Below are positions 50,203 to 62,300 of a DNA stretch of 64,000 bases, piece by piece. Every line of letters begins with the position of its first letter. The stretch's first letter is position 1. Position numbers and translations under genes: made by a program. The DNA lies in NCBI GenBank assembly GCA_964106915.2, contig OZ066916.1, one strand, 5' to 3'. Source of the stretch: Podarcis gaigeae. Its lineage: Eukaryota. A model generated the notes under the pieces. The model was not told the DNA's origin, did not search any database, and saw only the letters and a list, made by a program, of their open reading frames with translations.

Positions 50203-50337
50203 TCCTTTCCAGCGTTGGAGGTCTCTACACTTCAGTTGTTGTTAAGTACACCGACAACATTATGAAAGGTTTTTCTGCAGCTGCTGCCATCGTTCTCTCT
50301 ACCGTTGCCTCGGTCCTCCTCTTTGGCTTACAGATAA
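50203..50337 (+). CDS. SLC35A1: SLC35A1 exon 7 ([25 protein letters not shown]...FGLQI)
   Basis: TAG/GTACGT flanks, phase 1-1. Confidence 0.95.
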
Positions 50338-50653
50338 GTACGTTGCTTTTGGCCACAGTCCACAATCTTAGGTGACACTCCTTTGGCGCAGGCTTGAATA
50401 ACTGTTGTCAGCTAATTGTATTATTGTATATTATAATCTGATGTTGTTGGCCCATAAACAAATTAGCAAGGCTTGACATTTCAAAACTGGCAGCATCTAA
50501 TATTATTATTGCCAGATGGGGTGAAGCTTAAAGGTGAACTTAAATATGAAGTACACAACAATCTGATAACGAGTTTCATATAAAAAAAGTATTATGGAGT
50601 TTCTGTTTGGATCAGTGTGCTTTAAACCATGTGCTTTATGTTTTTCCCTTTAG

Positions 50654-50784
50654 CCATCACCTTCTCTCTCGGTGCCCTCCTTGTATGCATCTCAATATAC
50701 CTGTATGGTCTGCCTCGACAAGACACCACAAAAATCCAGCCAGCAGAAGCAAAAGGGTCAAAAGAAAATCTTATTAGTGTGTGA
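50654..50784 (+). CDS. SLC35A1: SLC35A1 exon 8 (TITFSLGALLVCISIYLYGLPRQD...KENLISV*)
   Basis: TAG acceptor ending 50653, TGA 50782-50784; total 338 aa; AATAAA at 51094 and 51880. Confidence 0.95.
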
Positions 50785-51262
50785 TATTCTGCATCATGAA
50801 GAATACAAAAAGACAATCTAAAGACTTGACATGAGTGTTTGTTCCCTTTTTTCTTTTCTTTTTTAAAAAGCCTTAAACTGGTAATGCAAGATTGTTTGAA
50901 CTAAAAGTGAAGTAACTCATTAGTGAAATGAAGGATTACACTGGAGGAATGGAAACTTCGCTAAATTGTGAAGCACTGCTTTTCGTGTAACGTTGATCTA
51001 TCTGTGTTGGACTATGAAGAGTCTGTTCACCAAGAAGAATGAAGAAATTGAATGTGCAGTTTTTAAATATATATATATATATATTGTATATAAAATAAAG
51101 GGGAATGCCATTGGAATTCACATTGATGAAACATGTATAACAGGGATTCTCTTCACATGTTCTTGTAAGGAAAGGTGCTACATTTACTAACTAGATTGTT
51201 GATTCAGTCTTAAAATATCTCAATCAGATTCTCAAACACATAGTACAACACATATCCCAGTA

Positions 51263-51467
51263 CAGTGGTACCTCGGGTTACAGACGCTTCAGGTTACAGA
51301 CTCCGCTAACCCAGAAATAGTGCTCCAGGTTAAGAACTTTGCTTCAGGATGAGAACAGAAATCGTGCTCTGGCGGCGCGGCAGCAGGAGGCCCCATTAGC
51401 TAAAGTGGTCTTCAGGTTAAGTATGGCCCTCCAGAACAAATTAAGTACTTAACCCGAGGTACCACTG
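51263..51467 (+). mobile_element. Tigger-like MITE, copy 6, in the SLC35A1 3' region
   Basis: TA TSDs, perfect 18-bp TIRs. Confidence 0.9.
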
Positions 51468-52857
51468 TATCTGCTTGTGCCTCGGCTTTCATATTGTCGG
51501 TTGCTGAACTACTCTGATAATCAGCTAGCTGTCATAGCCAAAATGAAACCAAGATGATTGTTGTGAGGGGAAGTGGGGTATGTGGGAACAGAATGCTGTC
51601 ATCTGATTGTTGAAGTGAACATAGGTGTAGCTGAAATGGATTCAGTTTCTTTTAAGCTTTTGATCTGCTGAATCCACTCTGTGAAAGCAGGAAGAAAAAA
51701 AAATGAAGCTGCTGCTCGTAAGAAGATTTTTTTCTATTGTGATCGGGGTTTTTAACACCATTTTGTATAATATTTATGCTTTTGTTGTACATCTAATATT
51801 CTGAAAGTGCTAAATAACTTTTTGTGCACGTTAGGTAGTCCAGAGGCCATTTGGGTTTGAGCCCTTTGTTCTTGCATCGAATAAAACTTAAAGGGGGTGG
51901 GACAGTATTTAATGCTACTTAGATGTAGTTTTTCATTTTTCTCAACTTAATCCAACACTGAAATTCATGAAGGACAAGTGTTTTGATTTAGCTTTTCTGC
52001 AGCTTTGTAAAGATGTAAAGTTGATAATTAAACAATTAGGAGTGTGTAAGCTTCTCAAGTGGAGAAACTAAGACAGGAAAGGAGGTCCTAAATTCTAGAC
52101 ATGGCAATATACTCTAAGGGGCTAGAATCTTAATTTTTACCTTGACATTCATACAGCAAACCTGTGTTCCTTGGGTTATGTTATAAATCCTTTTTGTTTT
52201 ATGCCAGTAGTCTTAACGCAGTAGTTCTTGTCCAGTTATGCAAGATGGATTGTACAGGGACATGAGGGCTGCTCCTAGACCTTCTCTGTGGCAGACCGCC
52301 CAACTCTGCTCTGCTTGAATCAATGTCCTATCAGCGGCTAGGCACTTACTTCATTTCTTGGCTCTGCTGGGCACTTAAAACAAAAAAGATGGAAAGGTCT
52401 TTAGATTTTAAGACTGCTTTATTGTGCACAGTGCACTGAACTTGCTGTAGCTGCATTTGCATTGCTGTGGGGTTTTTTGTTTGTTTACATTTACTGTGAC
52501 ATTTCTTTTACAAGGGCAGCAACCTCCTCCCCATGACATATTTTGAAGAAAGGGGTGAGAATGAAAGGACTAGCTCCTCTCATAAGAATAATACAGACAA
52601 AATAATACAATGGCAGAAGGGAATGGGATCTGTTCTTCAGTGGCTAATGCTGTGTGTGTCCAATGATCTCGTCTCTAGGTGCTGCCAGACTGCAACTCCT
52701 TTAATCTCTGATCCATTGTCTGGGGTTGGTGGGAGTCCAAAGACATCTTAAAAGTCCACACGTTTCCCACCTCTGGTCCAGGCAATATAGAGAAGCAAGG
52801 ACAGCTAGTCTTCAGAACTCGTATAGTTTAGAATGCGCAGTGCAGGAGATCTTCTCT

Positions 52858-52944
52858 TTACATTTTATTGACAGGTGTGATTCCTAGAAGCTTCATTCCA
52901 TTAGCCAGAACGGAGCGAACAGCCTGGAACAAACAGAGCCTTGC
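52858..52944 (-). CDS. RARS2: Mitochondrial arginyl-tRNA synthetase last exon ([28 protein letters not shown])
   Basis: Minus-strand CAG acceptor, TAA at 52860-52858; C-terminal end of the DALR anticodon-binding domain. Confidence 0.95.
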   Translation of the reverse strand, partial: ARLCLFQAVRSVLANGMKLLGITPVNKM

Positions 52945-54559
52945 CTGGAAAAATAAAAGGTGGGGAAGAGGAGGACACTAATCAATTTTTATCCTTAGCT
53001 CCCTTAAACAGAATTAATTCAGTAAATCTTGAATGTTTGGTGCATGTTCAACCATAGCAGAATTACAAACTACTAAAGAAAACAACAAATGTTAAGATGC
53101 CCACTTTGCACCAACAGCCGTTTCTTCCAGAGTTTAATCCTAGTAATGCTGAAAGTCTGCTATTATCTGTTTCACAGACACACGCCTATATTTGTATCCT
53201 TGTTCCCCATGCATAGTAAGTAGTAGGTTGAATGCTATTTCAGCTGAACATTACCTACCTCTCTGCAGTGAGTGTATTTTTAGGGCAGCAAATACACTAC
53301 GAAGCGTATGATGTGAAGTACATATGTGTGCGCACACCCTGACTATGGAAATGCTGCATGGAAGACATGCTCATGCTTAGCGATGAAGTCTTAATCTAAA
53401 ATTACAATACATGAAGTGGTCCTAATACACCTAGCTCAGCCTTCCCCAAGCTGGTGCCTTGCAGGTGTTTTGGACTATCGCTTCTATGCACCCCAGCCAA
53501 TACAGAAGGCTACTCTAGCCAGTGATCTATGCGGTCTATGGCACCAGGAAGCAAAAAGTGAAAATACTTGTTTCAGGACAATGGCCTCTTGATGAAATAC
53601 AAGGATATCCTACATCCTGCCTCGCCTACATCAGTAAATACACCAAAGGCAATGTGCTTTTATGTTTCACAAATAAAGGTGGACAGAAGGCTCTGGTGGG
53701 TGCTGTCAAGTTGAAGACAGATGAAGGGGAGAATTGACCACATACATTGGAGCAGTTTCTTTTCAGCACAGTTGCAAGAAATCTACCTGGTAGGTTAAAT
53801 CTGCTCCAGGTTTGTGATTAATTAAGTTGCCCCGAGTAACAGTGCAAACCCTATTATGTGTCCACTCACGTCTTTTGAGTACAATGGGATGTACTGCCAG
53901 CAGTCGTGTGTAGTATTGCAGCCTAAACAGATTTATTTAGACTGCAACCTTATTTGGGAGTTAAGTCCAACTGAGTTCACTGAAGCTTCTGAGTAGGTAT
54001 ATAATTTTGCGCTGTTAAGCCTGCAGCTGTATTTTTAGTTGATTAAGCAGCCGGAGCTTATTTTAAAAGGTAAACTCAAACATTAGTGCCACACGTTTTT
54101 TGTCTTAACGCTGTTTTGATTTGGTGCACTACCTTGGTGTGCTGCCAATATAGGGAATAAAGACAAGCAGAAAATAGTATTTTCCAACAAGGATTGGTAG
54201 AGTTTATTAACTCGCTAACCCCGTTTGTATCATCTCAAAAGGAAAAACAAAACCACACCAAACCAAACTGCTTTTCACTCTGCCTCTGTTTAGAACAGTT
54301 CACATATCTATAGTATTGGTAGTATTTTGAGTGGCACTATAAGGGGGGAAGTGGGTAGATTTATTGTCTCTGGCTACAAAAAACCTGAGAAAGCTGAAGT
54401 CTAACCAAAATGGGAAAGATTCTCCACGCTAAGGAGAAGGCTTAAAGAAACACGTGGCAATTGCAGAAAATGGCTTATTTAAGCAATGTATCTCCTCACC
54501 CCCACAATTATTAGTATGAGGCAGGAAAACATTTTAAACTAAACCAAAAAAATTATGTA

Positions 54560-55044
54560 CCGTATTTTTTGCTCTACAAGATGCACTTTTCCCTTCCTTA
54601 AAAAGGGGAAGAATGTGTGTGTGTGTCTTGTGGAGTGAATGCAGGCGGGAGGCTCTGCTCAGTGCTCCCTTTAAAGAGCCACGTGGAGCGTGACACGGCC
54701 TGTCAGTCCCTTCTCCCTCCTCGGAGAAAAGCCCCCAAAAGCTGCAAACACACTCCGTGCACTCTCTAAAGGGAGCGCGGCTCTTGGGGGAGCCTTCCTC
54801 TGGCTGCCCAGGAGAGGCTGCGCTGCGATCTTGCTTGCTGTCCTGGCTTATGGGATAGCTGCGTGCAGCCTCTTCCTTCCGGGCAGGGGGAGCCTTCATT
54901 CCCTTCATATCCGATAAGCCAGGACAGCAAGAGGCTATCCCAGAAGCCAGATCCCTCTTGCTGTTCTGGCTTCTGGGATTCAGAATATTTTTTTTCTTGT
55001 TTGCCTCCAAAAACTAGGTGCGTCTTATAGAGCGAAAAATATAG
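54560..55044. mobile_element. Tc1/mariner-superfamily (Tc2-like) non-autonomous element
   Basis: TIRs CCGTATTTTTTGCTCTACAAGATGCAC and GTGCGTCTTATAGAGCGAAAAATATAG. Confidence 0.75.
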
Positions 55045-55152
55045 TGCTTTTTGATATATACCCCATCCTTCAACAGACTGCCAGAATGTACTTCTTTGTA
55101 ACACATCTCACGAGTAATGCATTCTATTCAAATAGCATCTCTTTTACTTTAC

Positions 55153-55216
55153 CTCTGCTAGTTCCGGAACACTGCTTTTCACAGGTAGCATTTTGTGAGC
55201 CACAGCTGCTAAGTGA
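55153..55216 (-). CDS. RARS2: RARS2 exon (SHLAAVAHKMLPVKSSVPELAE)
   Basis: CAG/GTAAAG flanks, phase 2-0. Confidence 0.93.
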
Positions 55217-55817
55217 CTGAAACAGAAACAAAGATATGAAACAAACTCTTTAAAAGCTGCAACCCTCAGTACGCATCCAAACGCATCTCAGTACGCATTT
55301 GTTAGGGATGTGCAGTGAACCCAAGATTTGCATTGCATCTAGTGTTTTTAAACAACCCAATCTGTTTGGATCAGCTGTGTGTTGTTGATTCAATTCCATT
55401 TTAGGGACCCAAATCTGATCCGTTGGATATGAAACTCTGTTTTATCCACCTCCCCATTCACTCTCATGGGGAAATCTATAAACTGCTATAACTTTATTTA
55501 CTCCTCACATATAAGTGAATGACATTTGCAAGCAAATGACCCCTCAGAGTGGATTAAACCTACCAAATGGATCAGGCATCATGGAAATTAATGCATTTCC
55601 ATGCAGGGAACCTTTGATGTTACTTTTGTAAAAAAGTTTGAAACTTTTTCATTCTCTGCCAGAATTGGATGCAAATTTCAAACCTAGTTGCTCCTACTTG
55701 AGAGGGATGAAGCCTGCCAAATTTCCAAGAGAGAGATAAAGCAGTTCTCCTGTAAAGGTGGAAGTAACCATTTTGGAGTGGAAAAATAGACATCACAATC
55801 CCTTCTTTCTTTCTTTT

Positions 55818-55940
55818 TAGAATCATAGAATCATAGAATAGAATCATAGAGTTGGAAGAGACCACAAGGGCCATCGAGTCCAACCCCCTGCCAAGCAGGA
55901 AACACCATCAGAGCACTCCTGACATATGGTTGTCAAGCCT
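55818..55940 (-). mobile_element. CR1 3' end with (ATTCTATG)n tail
   Basis: AGAATCATAGAATC repeats followed by GAGTTGGAAGAGACCACAAGGGCCATCGAGTCCAACCCC; similar copy at 46258-46415. Confidence 0.8.
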
Positions 55941-57706
55941 AATTGCGGAGGAAGCAATTAGTTTGAAAACTGGGTACATGAGGAAGGTCCCCTGGGTAAG
56001 AAACTTGTCAGAGTTCAAACAAACAGATCCAGGGGCTATTCTGCTAGGTGATCTGACTTTTGCAAGCCACCCCAATTTGCCTAACTCTGGCACTTGATCA
56101 AGAGAAAACATGACCCAGGTATTTACTTCAACATCCCTCCCTCAAATCACGGTGGTTGGAGTCCACTGTGAAAATAATCTACTCTGTTTTAAAAGCTAGA
56201 CCTGTCCATTCGAGCTCTGGGCATTTTCCCAGTCAGGTTGGTTTCTGTTTCTCTGAAAATAAAAGGGGTTGCGGGTGGGGGAAGGGATGAGCGTTTCATT
56301 AATGAATGGGAAAACGAAAGCAACAGAGTTGCTCGGAAGGTTGGGCACTCCCTGCTCCATCACAATAGGCCTTGTCGAGTGTGTGATCCAACTTGGTGAT
56401 GTGAAAGAGTACGCCCGATCACCCCTATTTACCTTGCCATTCAGCTTTGTTACCAATGAAATTTACTTAAGAGCAGCTTGAGTTCTATAACACAAGGGTT
56501 ACCAACAGAGAAACCACCACAGTTTGGATCCTTCTGCCAATAGAACAGTCATTTTCTGACCTGTTAAGATGAGCATTATGTGAGAAGCGACTCCTCCCAA
56601 GCCGGAAGAGTTTCTTCTGTTTGACAAGGTTTTCCTCAATACCTTTTTATAGCCCACTGGAATTTGATAATTTACTCACTATGTTTCTCATACTGTAATA
56701 CGGAGGGAGAAGGAAGAATCTGTGGCTTCCCAGAGGTTGCCTGACTCCTAAACTCACATAAGTTCCAGGCAGCGTGGCTAATGGCCAGAGATGTTGGGAG
56801 TCCAGAAACATCTGGAAGGCCACAGGTTCCTCAGCCCTGATTTAACGCCAGGGCACTGCAATCCTTCATTGGAAGAACTATTGCCTTGCCACACTTGCAC
56901 AGGAATGCACTCAAATAATACCACAAATACATTTTTATTTTTTAAAATTATACTTGTGGATCTCTGAATCCACAAGAAATAATCAGCAGGCTTGGAAAAA
57001 TCTTTGCCCTTGTTTTTAAAGGAGGGAAACCTTTGCTGAAGTAAAAACAAAAACAAACCCACAACTTTAGGGGGCACAAAACCGGGGTGGGAGCACCTCA
57101 ACACAGACACCATTGACTGAACATGCTCAGTGGCCATAAGATACCTTTGCAGGGAGTGAATAGGAAAACCAGACCGTGCATTCTGGGAAATGGAAGGACA
57201 CCACCACACATTTGTTTGCAGATCCCACAGTTAAAGTTATTACTGATACAATGGCACAAAACAGTCACTAATGCATAGCTCTAGCCCTCCTGCAGAAGTT
57301 GTACATGAAGAACCTGCTAATACTTGTGCAATATATTGAAGATGCTTCTGCAGAGTCTTCCCCTCACCCCCATAAAAGCAAATAAGCTTGAAATGTCATG
57401 TACATTTCAGTTCTATTGACACTATGCACTGTTGGCCTCAGTCACTGGACTGAAACCAGCTCATGAGGTGCCTTGGGGCAAAATGTCTTTATCAGACTCA
57501 GATGATGGACTTAACAGACCATTAAAAGTAACTGGTTTTTCTAGTTGAGGCAGATTCAAGTTCTATGAATTTGCACAGGGTTTCCTGGACAGTGTGCCAG
57601 AAAGAAAGGGGTGGCTCATTAAGGGTGGGAAATGAAATAACACTTGACAGAAGGCACATTTCAAAGTTTTCAAGCCTGATTCACAGAATGCATTCTCTTC
57701 TGAGGC

Positions 57707-57736
<30 letters not shown>
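57707..57736. repeat. (TTA)n microsatellite
   Basis: Seen directly. Confidence 0.9.
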
Positions 57737-57739
<3 letters not shown>

Positions 57740-57992
57740 GAAATGCAGTATTAACATGTGAAACAATGCTCAAATGTTCAATCTAAAGAAGTTCATTCTT
57801 CAGTGAACCACAAGTTTAGGTTCTAGGTATAGATTTGGCTGTAAATAAAGCCTAAACTTCCTCAAGTTTGGAATGAGGGTCTGTGAATCTAATTATATCA
57901 AACTACTCCTTATCAAGCCTGATTTTTTAATTTTTTTAAGTAGGCTGAATTCTTGTCAAAGGGTAAGACGTTTCTCTCACCCACTCACCTAC

Positions 57993-58067
57993 CTTAGTTT
58001 AAGGAGATAGGCAACAATATGCTTGGGCTGGAGATCTTGAGAAGACTTGTAAAGAATCTCATCATAC
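57993..58067 (-). CDS. RARS2: RARS2 exon ([24 protein letters not shown])
   Basis: CAG/GTAGGT flanks, phase 2-2. Confidence 0.93.
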
Positions 58068-58278
58068 CTGAAGAGAAATAAATAGAATAGCTGACACATA
58101 CTTCAGAATCTGATCATAGCTATGGGTACGCCCAGGTCACATCTATATTCCCATACTTATTCTCATTTAACACTAATGGAACACATGTGATTTTCTAAGC
58201 GATGTAGGTATATTAAAGGATGAGGTAGCCTGTGCCTGGAGTCTCACAATCTAATAGACATGATGCACAGTCTGAGCA

Positions 58279-58603
58279 GTATAGTATAGTATAGTATAGT
58301 ATAGTATAGTATAGTATAGTACAGTATTAGTACCTTGGGTTACATACACTTCAGATTACATATGCTTCAGGTTACACACTCCACTAACCCAGAAATAGTG
58401 CTTCAGGTTAAGAACTTTGCTTCAGGATAAGGACAGAAATCAGGCTCCGGTGGCACCAGGAGGCCCCATTAGCTAAAGTGGTGCTTCAGGTTAAGAACAG
58501 TTTCAAGTTAAGAACTGACCTCCAGAACGAATTAAGTACTTAACCCGAGGTACCACTGTATAGTACAGTACAGTACAGTACAGTACAGTATTAGTATAGT
58601 ATA
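58279..58603. repeat. (GTATA)n/(GTACA)n microsatellite interrupted by a MITE
   Basis: Seen directly. Confidence 0.9.
58322..58558 (+). mobile_element. Tigger-like MITE, copy 7, within a pentanucleotide microsatellite
   Basis: Family internal sequence; right TIR intact. Confidence 0.88.
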
Positions 58604-59094
58604 GGTCCTTCTATCACCTTCCTATACTGGCCACCAAGCTATATCCCCCTGAGTTGGAGAGCGGTGTCTCTCTGAGGCCAATTTGCCTCTTTTTGATGTT
58701 ATTTATGAATTGCCTCTCCAGTCAAAAATGCCTGAGGTGATATAAAATTTAAAAATATCTCCAAAACTTAGTTTGCAGTCACGGCAAATCATAAGTCATC
58801 AAGGAAACCATGTCTTGTTTCTCACAGAAAAAAGTATGTTTTGTTTTCTAGCTGTTGGGTTTACACAAAACTGAAGGCCTTAATTAAACTAAAGTTTATA
58901 TGCCAACAATAATTACTTCTGATTATGGCAGTAAAGAAATCATAGTTAAGATGCTGGGCAGGGTTCACACATAACAATAAGCTTTGGTTTAATAAAACAA
59001 TGGAGCCATTGTATCTAATGGGACTTCAGCTCTCAATTAAGCAAGCAACTAAGTGAACAAGCAAGCAGAAGTTTGCAACCTATATTCTGAATAC

Positions 59095-59193
59095 CTGAGA
59101 AGGTGCTGAATTAGCGAAATAGCCTGTGGATCTTGTAGGCATGCAGCGTTTATGCGAGATGCCTGATTGACTGCTCCACACATCTCTTCTAAA
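59095..59193 (-). CDS. RARS2: RARS2 exon (LEEMCG...ACLQDPQAISLIQHLL)
   Basis: CAG/GT flanks, phase 2-2. Confidence 0.92.
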
Positions 59194-59499
59194 CTGGGTG
59201 GAGAAAAAGACAACAGAAATATTAAACATCTAAAACGTCTACACAATTTTACTGAATGGAAAAGAGCCACATTGCCTTTTCATGAATATTTTCATTGTAC
59301 TCAATGGAAGAGTTTTGCTAAAACCAAACAAAAAGCACTTGAGGAGATTGGGAATCCTAAATCCCAAGATTAAGAAACAGTGGCTGGGATCTAAAGAGTT
59401 GTTTTAGTTGTGGCCAAGGCTTTGGGTTGGCCCCCTGAGGTTTTCTTGGAACAACAGACCCTGTCCCAGACTCTGGCCATTTTCAACTGCACCTCTTAC

Positions 59500-59609
59500 C
59501 TGTGCAGCCTGGCGTGTGTGTACTGCAGGAAGACACCAGTGTCACCTCGGCTCTGGAGAATACGATCCCAGTTGAACTGATAATCAGATAACAGGAGGCC
59601 CCTGAAGTC
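59500..59609 (-). CDS. RARS2: RARS2 exon ([36 protein letters not shown])
   Basis: CAG/GTAAG flanks; ArgRS [14 protein letters not shown] motif. Confidence 0.96.
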
Positions 59610-59696
59610 CTGAAATGGTAAGTTATTCAAGCATCTTGTAAACCCTGACAGCATCACTTTACATTTTCTCATGAAATGATGACAGCATCAACAGAC

Positions 59697-59764
59697 CTGA
59701 ACGATAAATGCTGCAAGCCCAATCCTTTCAGCTGTCTCAAGAGGGTTGTCCAGTTCTTTGGTTG
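59697..59764 (-). CDS. RARS2: RARS2 exon (TTKELDNPLETAERIGLAAFIVQ)
   Basis: TAG/GT flanks, phase 1-0; 87-nt intron to the next exon. Confidence 0.93.
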
Positions 59765-60178
59765 CTAAGTAGATAACAAAAGGTGAGGTGGGGAGAGTGT
59801 CGATGGCTGCATTTCAATGTCACACTAAACTGTGGATTGGTGAAGCACATATGAGGCTAGCGTTCTCCTGGGCTTGCAGATTCCTTGTGAACTCCCTTAT
59901 GCTCCTCCTGCTTAAGTAGCAGAAGGAGTTCACAAGTTTTCACATCTGTTTTTGCTTAACCGCAGTGCCATCTGAACTGGCACACTGGTCAATGCCTATA
60001 GGGAATTTTAACAAGTCAGCTTAGAAAGCAGGGTTTGAAGTTGTCTTGTTTGAAACTAATTGTAGCTAATGTGAAGCACCATTTGTTGGACTTGGAGGAC
60101 ACAACAAAAATGCTAAGGCCAGGCCGGCATTTCCATTTGCACAAGCATTACGTTAATAAGAGAGACTGATCGGCTAAC

Positions 60179-60303
60179 TTTTTGCAGAAGCACTTTGTTC
60201 TATCACCATGGATCGAGCTTCGTCCAAAACATCGTCAAGGAAAACCACTTCTCCTTTCCGTGTCCTCATTCCTTGAACTCTTCCAAAGGGCACATGCTGG
60301 CAC
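60179..60303 (-). CDS. RARS2: RARS2 exon (CQHVPFGRVQGMRTRKGEVVFLDDVLDEARS...)
   Basis: CAG/GTTAG flanks; KMSKS-equivalent GMRTRKG. Confidence 0.94.
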
Positions 60304-60634
60304 CTGCAGGAAGACAGGGGACCAGAAACTTCAGTTGTTTTACTTTACCACCTTATAGTGGAAAAAGTGGCATTTTCCAAAGTGCATAAACTAAAAATGT
60401 TATTCCTTCTGAACAGAGATAATGTCAGCGCATTTTGGGATTCACAACTGTGCCCAGAAAGAAATTACTTTGTAGTTCTTAATATCTAGACACACATACA
60501 AACATGAGGTGTTGGAGAAGGGAGATCATTCTTTCTGGCAAACATAAATGCTTGCACTGACTGAGCAATCAGAAGAACTCAACACAGAATTCCTCCAATA
60601 GGGCATCTTCAAAGCCTTAGTATGCCATGAAGGC

Positions 60635-60635
<1 letters not shown>

Positions 60636-60671
<36 letters not shown>
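60636..60671. repeat. (TA)n microsatellite
   Basis: Seen directly. Confidence 0.95.
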
Positions 60672-60675
<4 letters not shown>

Positions 60676-60873
60676 CATAAACGGTTGCCATATATTTAAA
60701 AAATCGAAAATCTGGATAGATAAGTTGTTGAGCTTTTACTAGTGACATGGACTACCATATGTCCAGTTTTCCCTGGGCATTTCAGCAATTTCTGCCTGGG
60801 GTTGAATAAGGGGGTTGAATATAGGACGTATGGCAACCCTGCTATAGATATAGATAGGCAAGTACACATTTAC

Positions 60874-60950
60874 CTTTCTGCCCATTGGTAACCCATTAAT
60901 TTTAGTATCTGGAAGACCTGTTGAAAATGAGGGATCTGGCTTTTATCTGT
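60874..60950 (-). CDS. RARS2: RARS2 exon ([25 protein letters not shown])
   Basis: AAG/GTAAAT flanks, phase 0-2. Confidence 0.93.
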
Positions 60951-61486
60951 CTTGGAGAAGGGGAAGAAGAAAGAATCATTAAATGTACATTCAAACAGAC
61001 ACACAAGTGAAAATGTTCATATCCAAGGTGGGACAAATAATGGAGATGAAGTGAGGATGAAACTTGTGTATCTGAGAACATGATCTTCTAACATAAACTT
61101 TGGAAAAGCAGTCAGGTATGCGAGATCAAACTCGACTGAAAAATCCAGTCTTGAGACCACCACCCATTTCCAAAAAAGTGTCAGAAAAATTCCACCCTCA
61201 CAACTTTGAAAGCTTTCGCCTTTTTATTTGTTCAGGCCACAGGTTGTGCCAGAGATTCTGGGCTATAGCCAATGGCGTCCCTCCATTGATGGAAAGCTCT
61301 GATCCAGCAGAAGCTTCCACCCCTGCCCTGCAAGCCAATCTCACCCCAGCACTATATCTATCTTTCCTTTTGCTGCTGCCAAAGTCAGTGGGGTTTGAGG
61401 GCTGAATCAGAATTATGTGTTTGACGGGCTGGGGAGCTAGCCAGCCCTGCTGTACACCCACCAGTCTGCAGGACAGCCAGACTTAC

Positions 61487-61547
61487 CACATATATCATAG
61501 TGTCAGGATTCCATTTTTCCACTCTGTCTATAGCAGCAGCAAGATCT
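61487..61547 (-). CDS. RARS2: RARS2 exon (DLAAAIDRVEKWNPDTMIYV)
   Basis: CAG/GTAAGT flanks, phase 2-0. Confidence 0.94.
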
Positions 61548-61567
61548 CTGGAAAAGAAACACAAATA

Positions 61568-61796
61568 CAGTCGTACCTCGGTAATCAAACGGAATCCATT
61601 CCGGAAGTCCATTTGACTTCCAAAACTTTCGGAAACCAAAGCGCGGCTTCTGATTGGCTTCTGGAAGCCGCAGAAGCCCTGTCAGGTGTTCAGCTTCCAA
61701 AAATAGTTCGCAAACGGGAACACTCACTTCTGGGTTTGCGGCATTTGGGAGCCACAATGTTCGAGAACTAAGCTGTTTGAAAACCAAGGTATGACT
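61568..61796. mobile_element. Tigger-like MITE of another family
   Basis: TA-CAGTCGTACCTCGG ... CCAAGGTATGACTA-TA. Confidence 0.75.
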
Positions 61797-62213
61797 ATAA
61801 GACCAAACGAAACTTTCCAAAATTAAACAAACTTTAACTTACTCATTGTTAATCCTTTTGCAATTATGATTTGCCACTGGTCAATATTTTGTCATGTCCG
61901 TCTAACAGAGGATAAGGCTGGCTGCAACTCTATACTGAGAAGCATCTCACCAGGCAGGCTGGAGTCCCATTTAACTCAACAGGTCTTACTTTGGAGTGGA
62001 TACGTATAGGATTGCTCTGTAATAGCATCAGAATGCTGGGCCATTTCTATGGCAGCACCTAGGCTATAGAACTCCTTCATTTTTTTATTTCACAGAGTTT
62101 TTAGTGTGGGTGACAGTTCTGGGTGTGGTTTTTTTTGCCAAATTCTTTTATGTTTTTCTTTTTATTGTATTAAAGTTTCTGCTAAACAATCAGGCAAAAA
62201 GAGTAACACTTGC

Positions 62214-62300
62214 CTCGTTAAGTAGAGCGAGGTTCCATCACTCCGCATCACAGCAGAACGGTCCTCCTTTTCCGATAGGTAAACTACTCCTGTTCCTTCT
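62214..62300 (-). CDS. RARS2: RARS2 exon (EGTGVVYLSEKEDRSAVMRSDGTSLYLT) with GC donor
   Basis: TAG acceptor; donor AG/GCAAGT is required for phase 2; RSDGTSLY motif. Confidence 0.9.

Noticed and set aside
54534-55104. 158-aa and 112-aa minus-strand ORFs
   Set aside because: They fall within a GC-rich non-autonomous DNA transposon and show no recognisable domain
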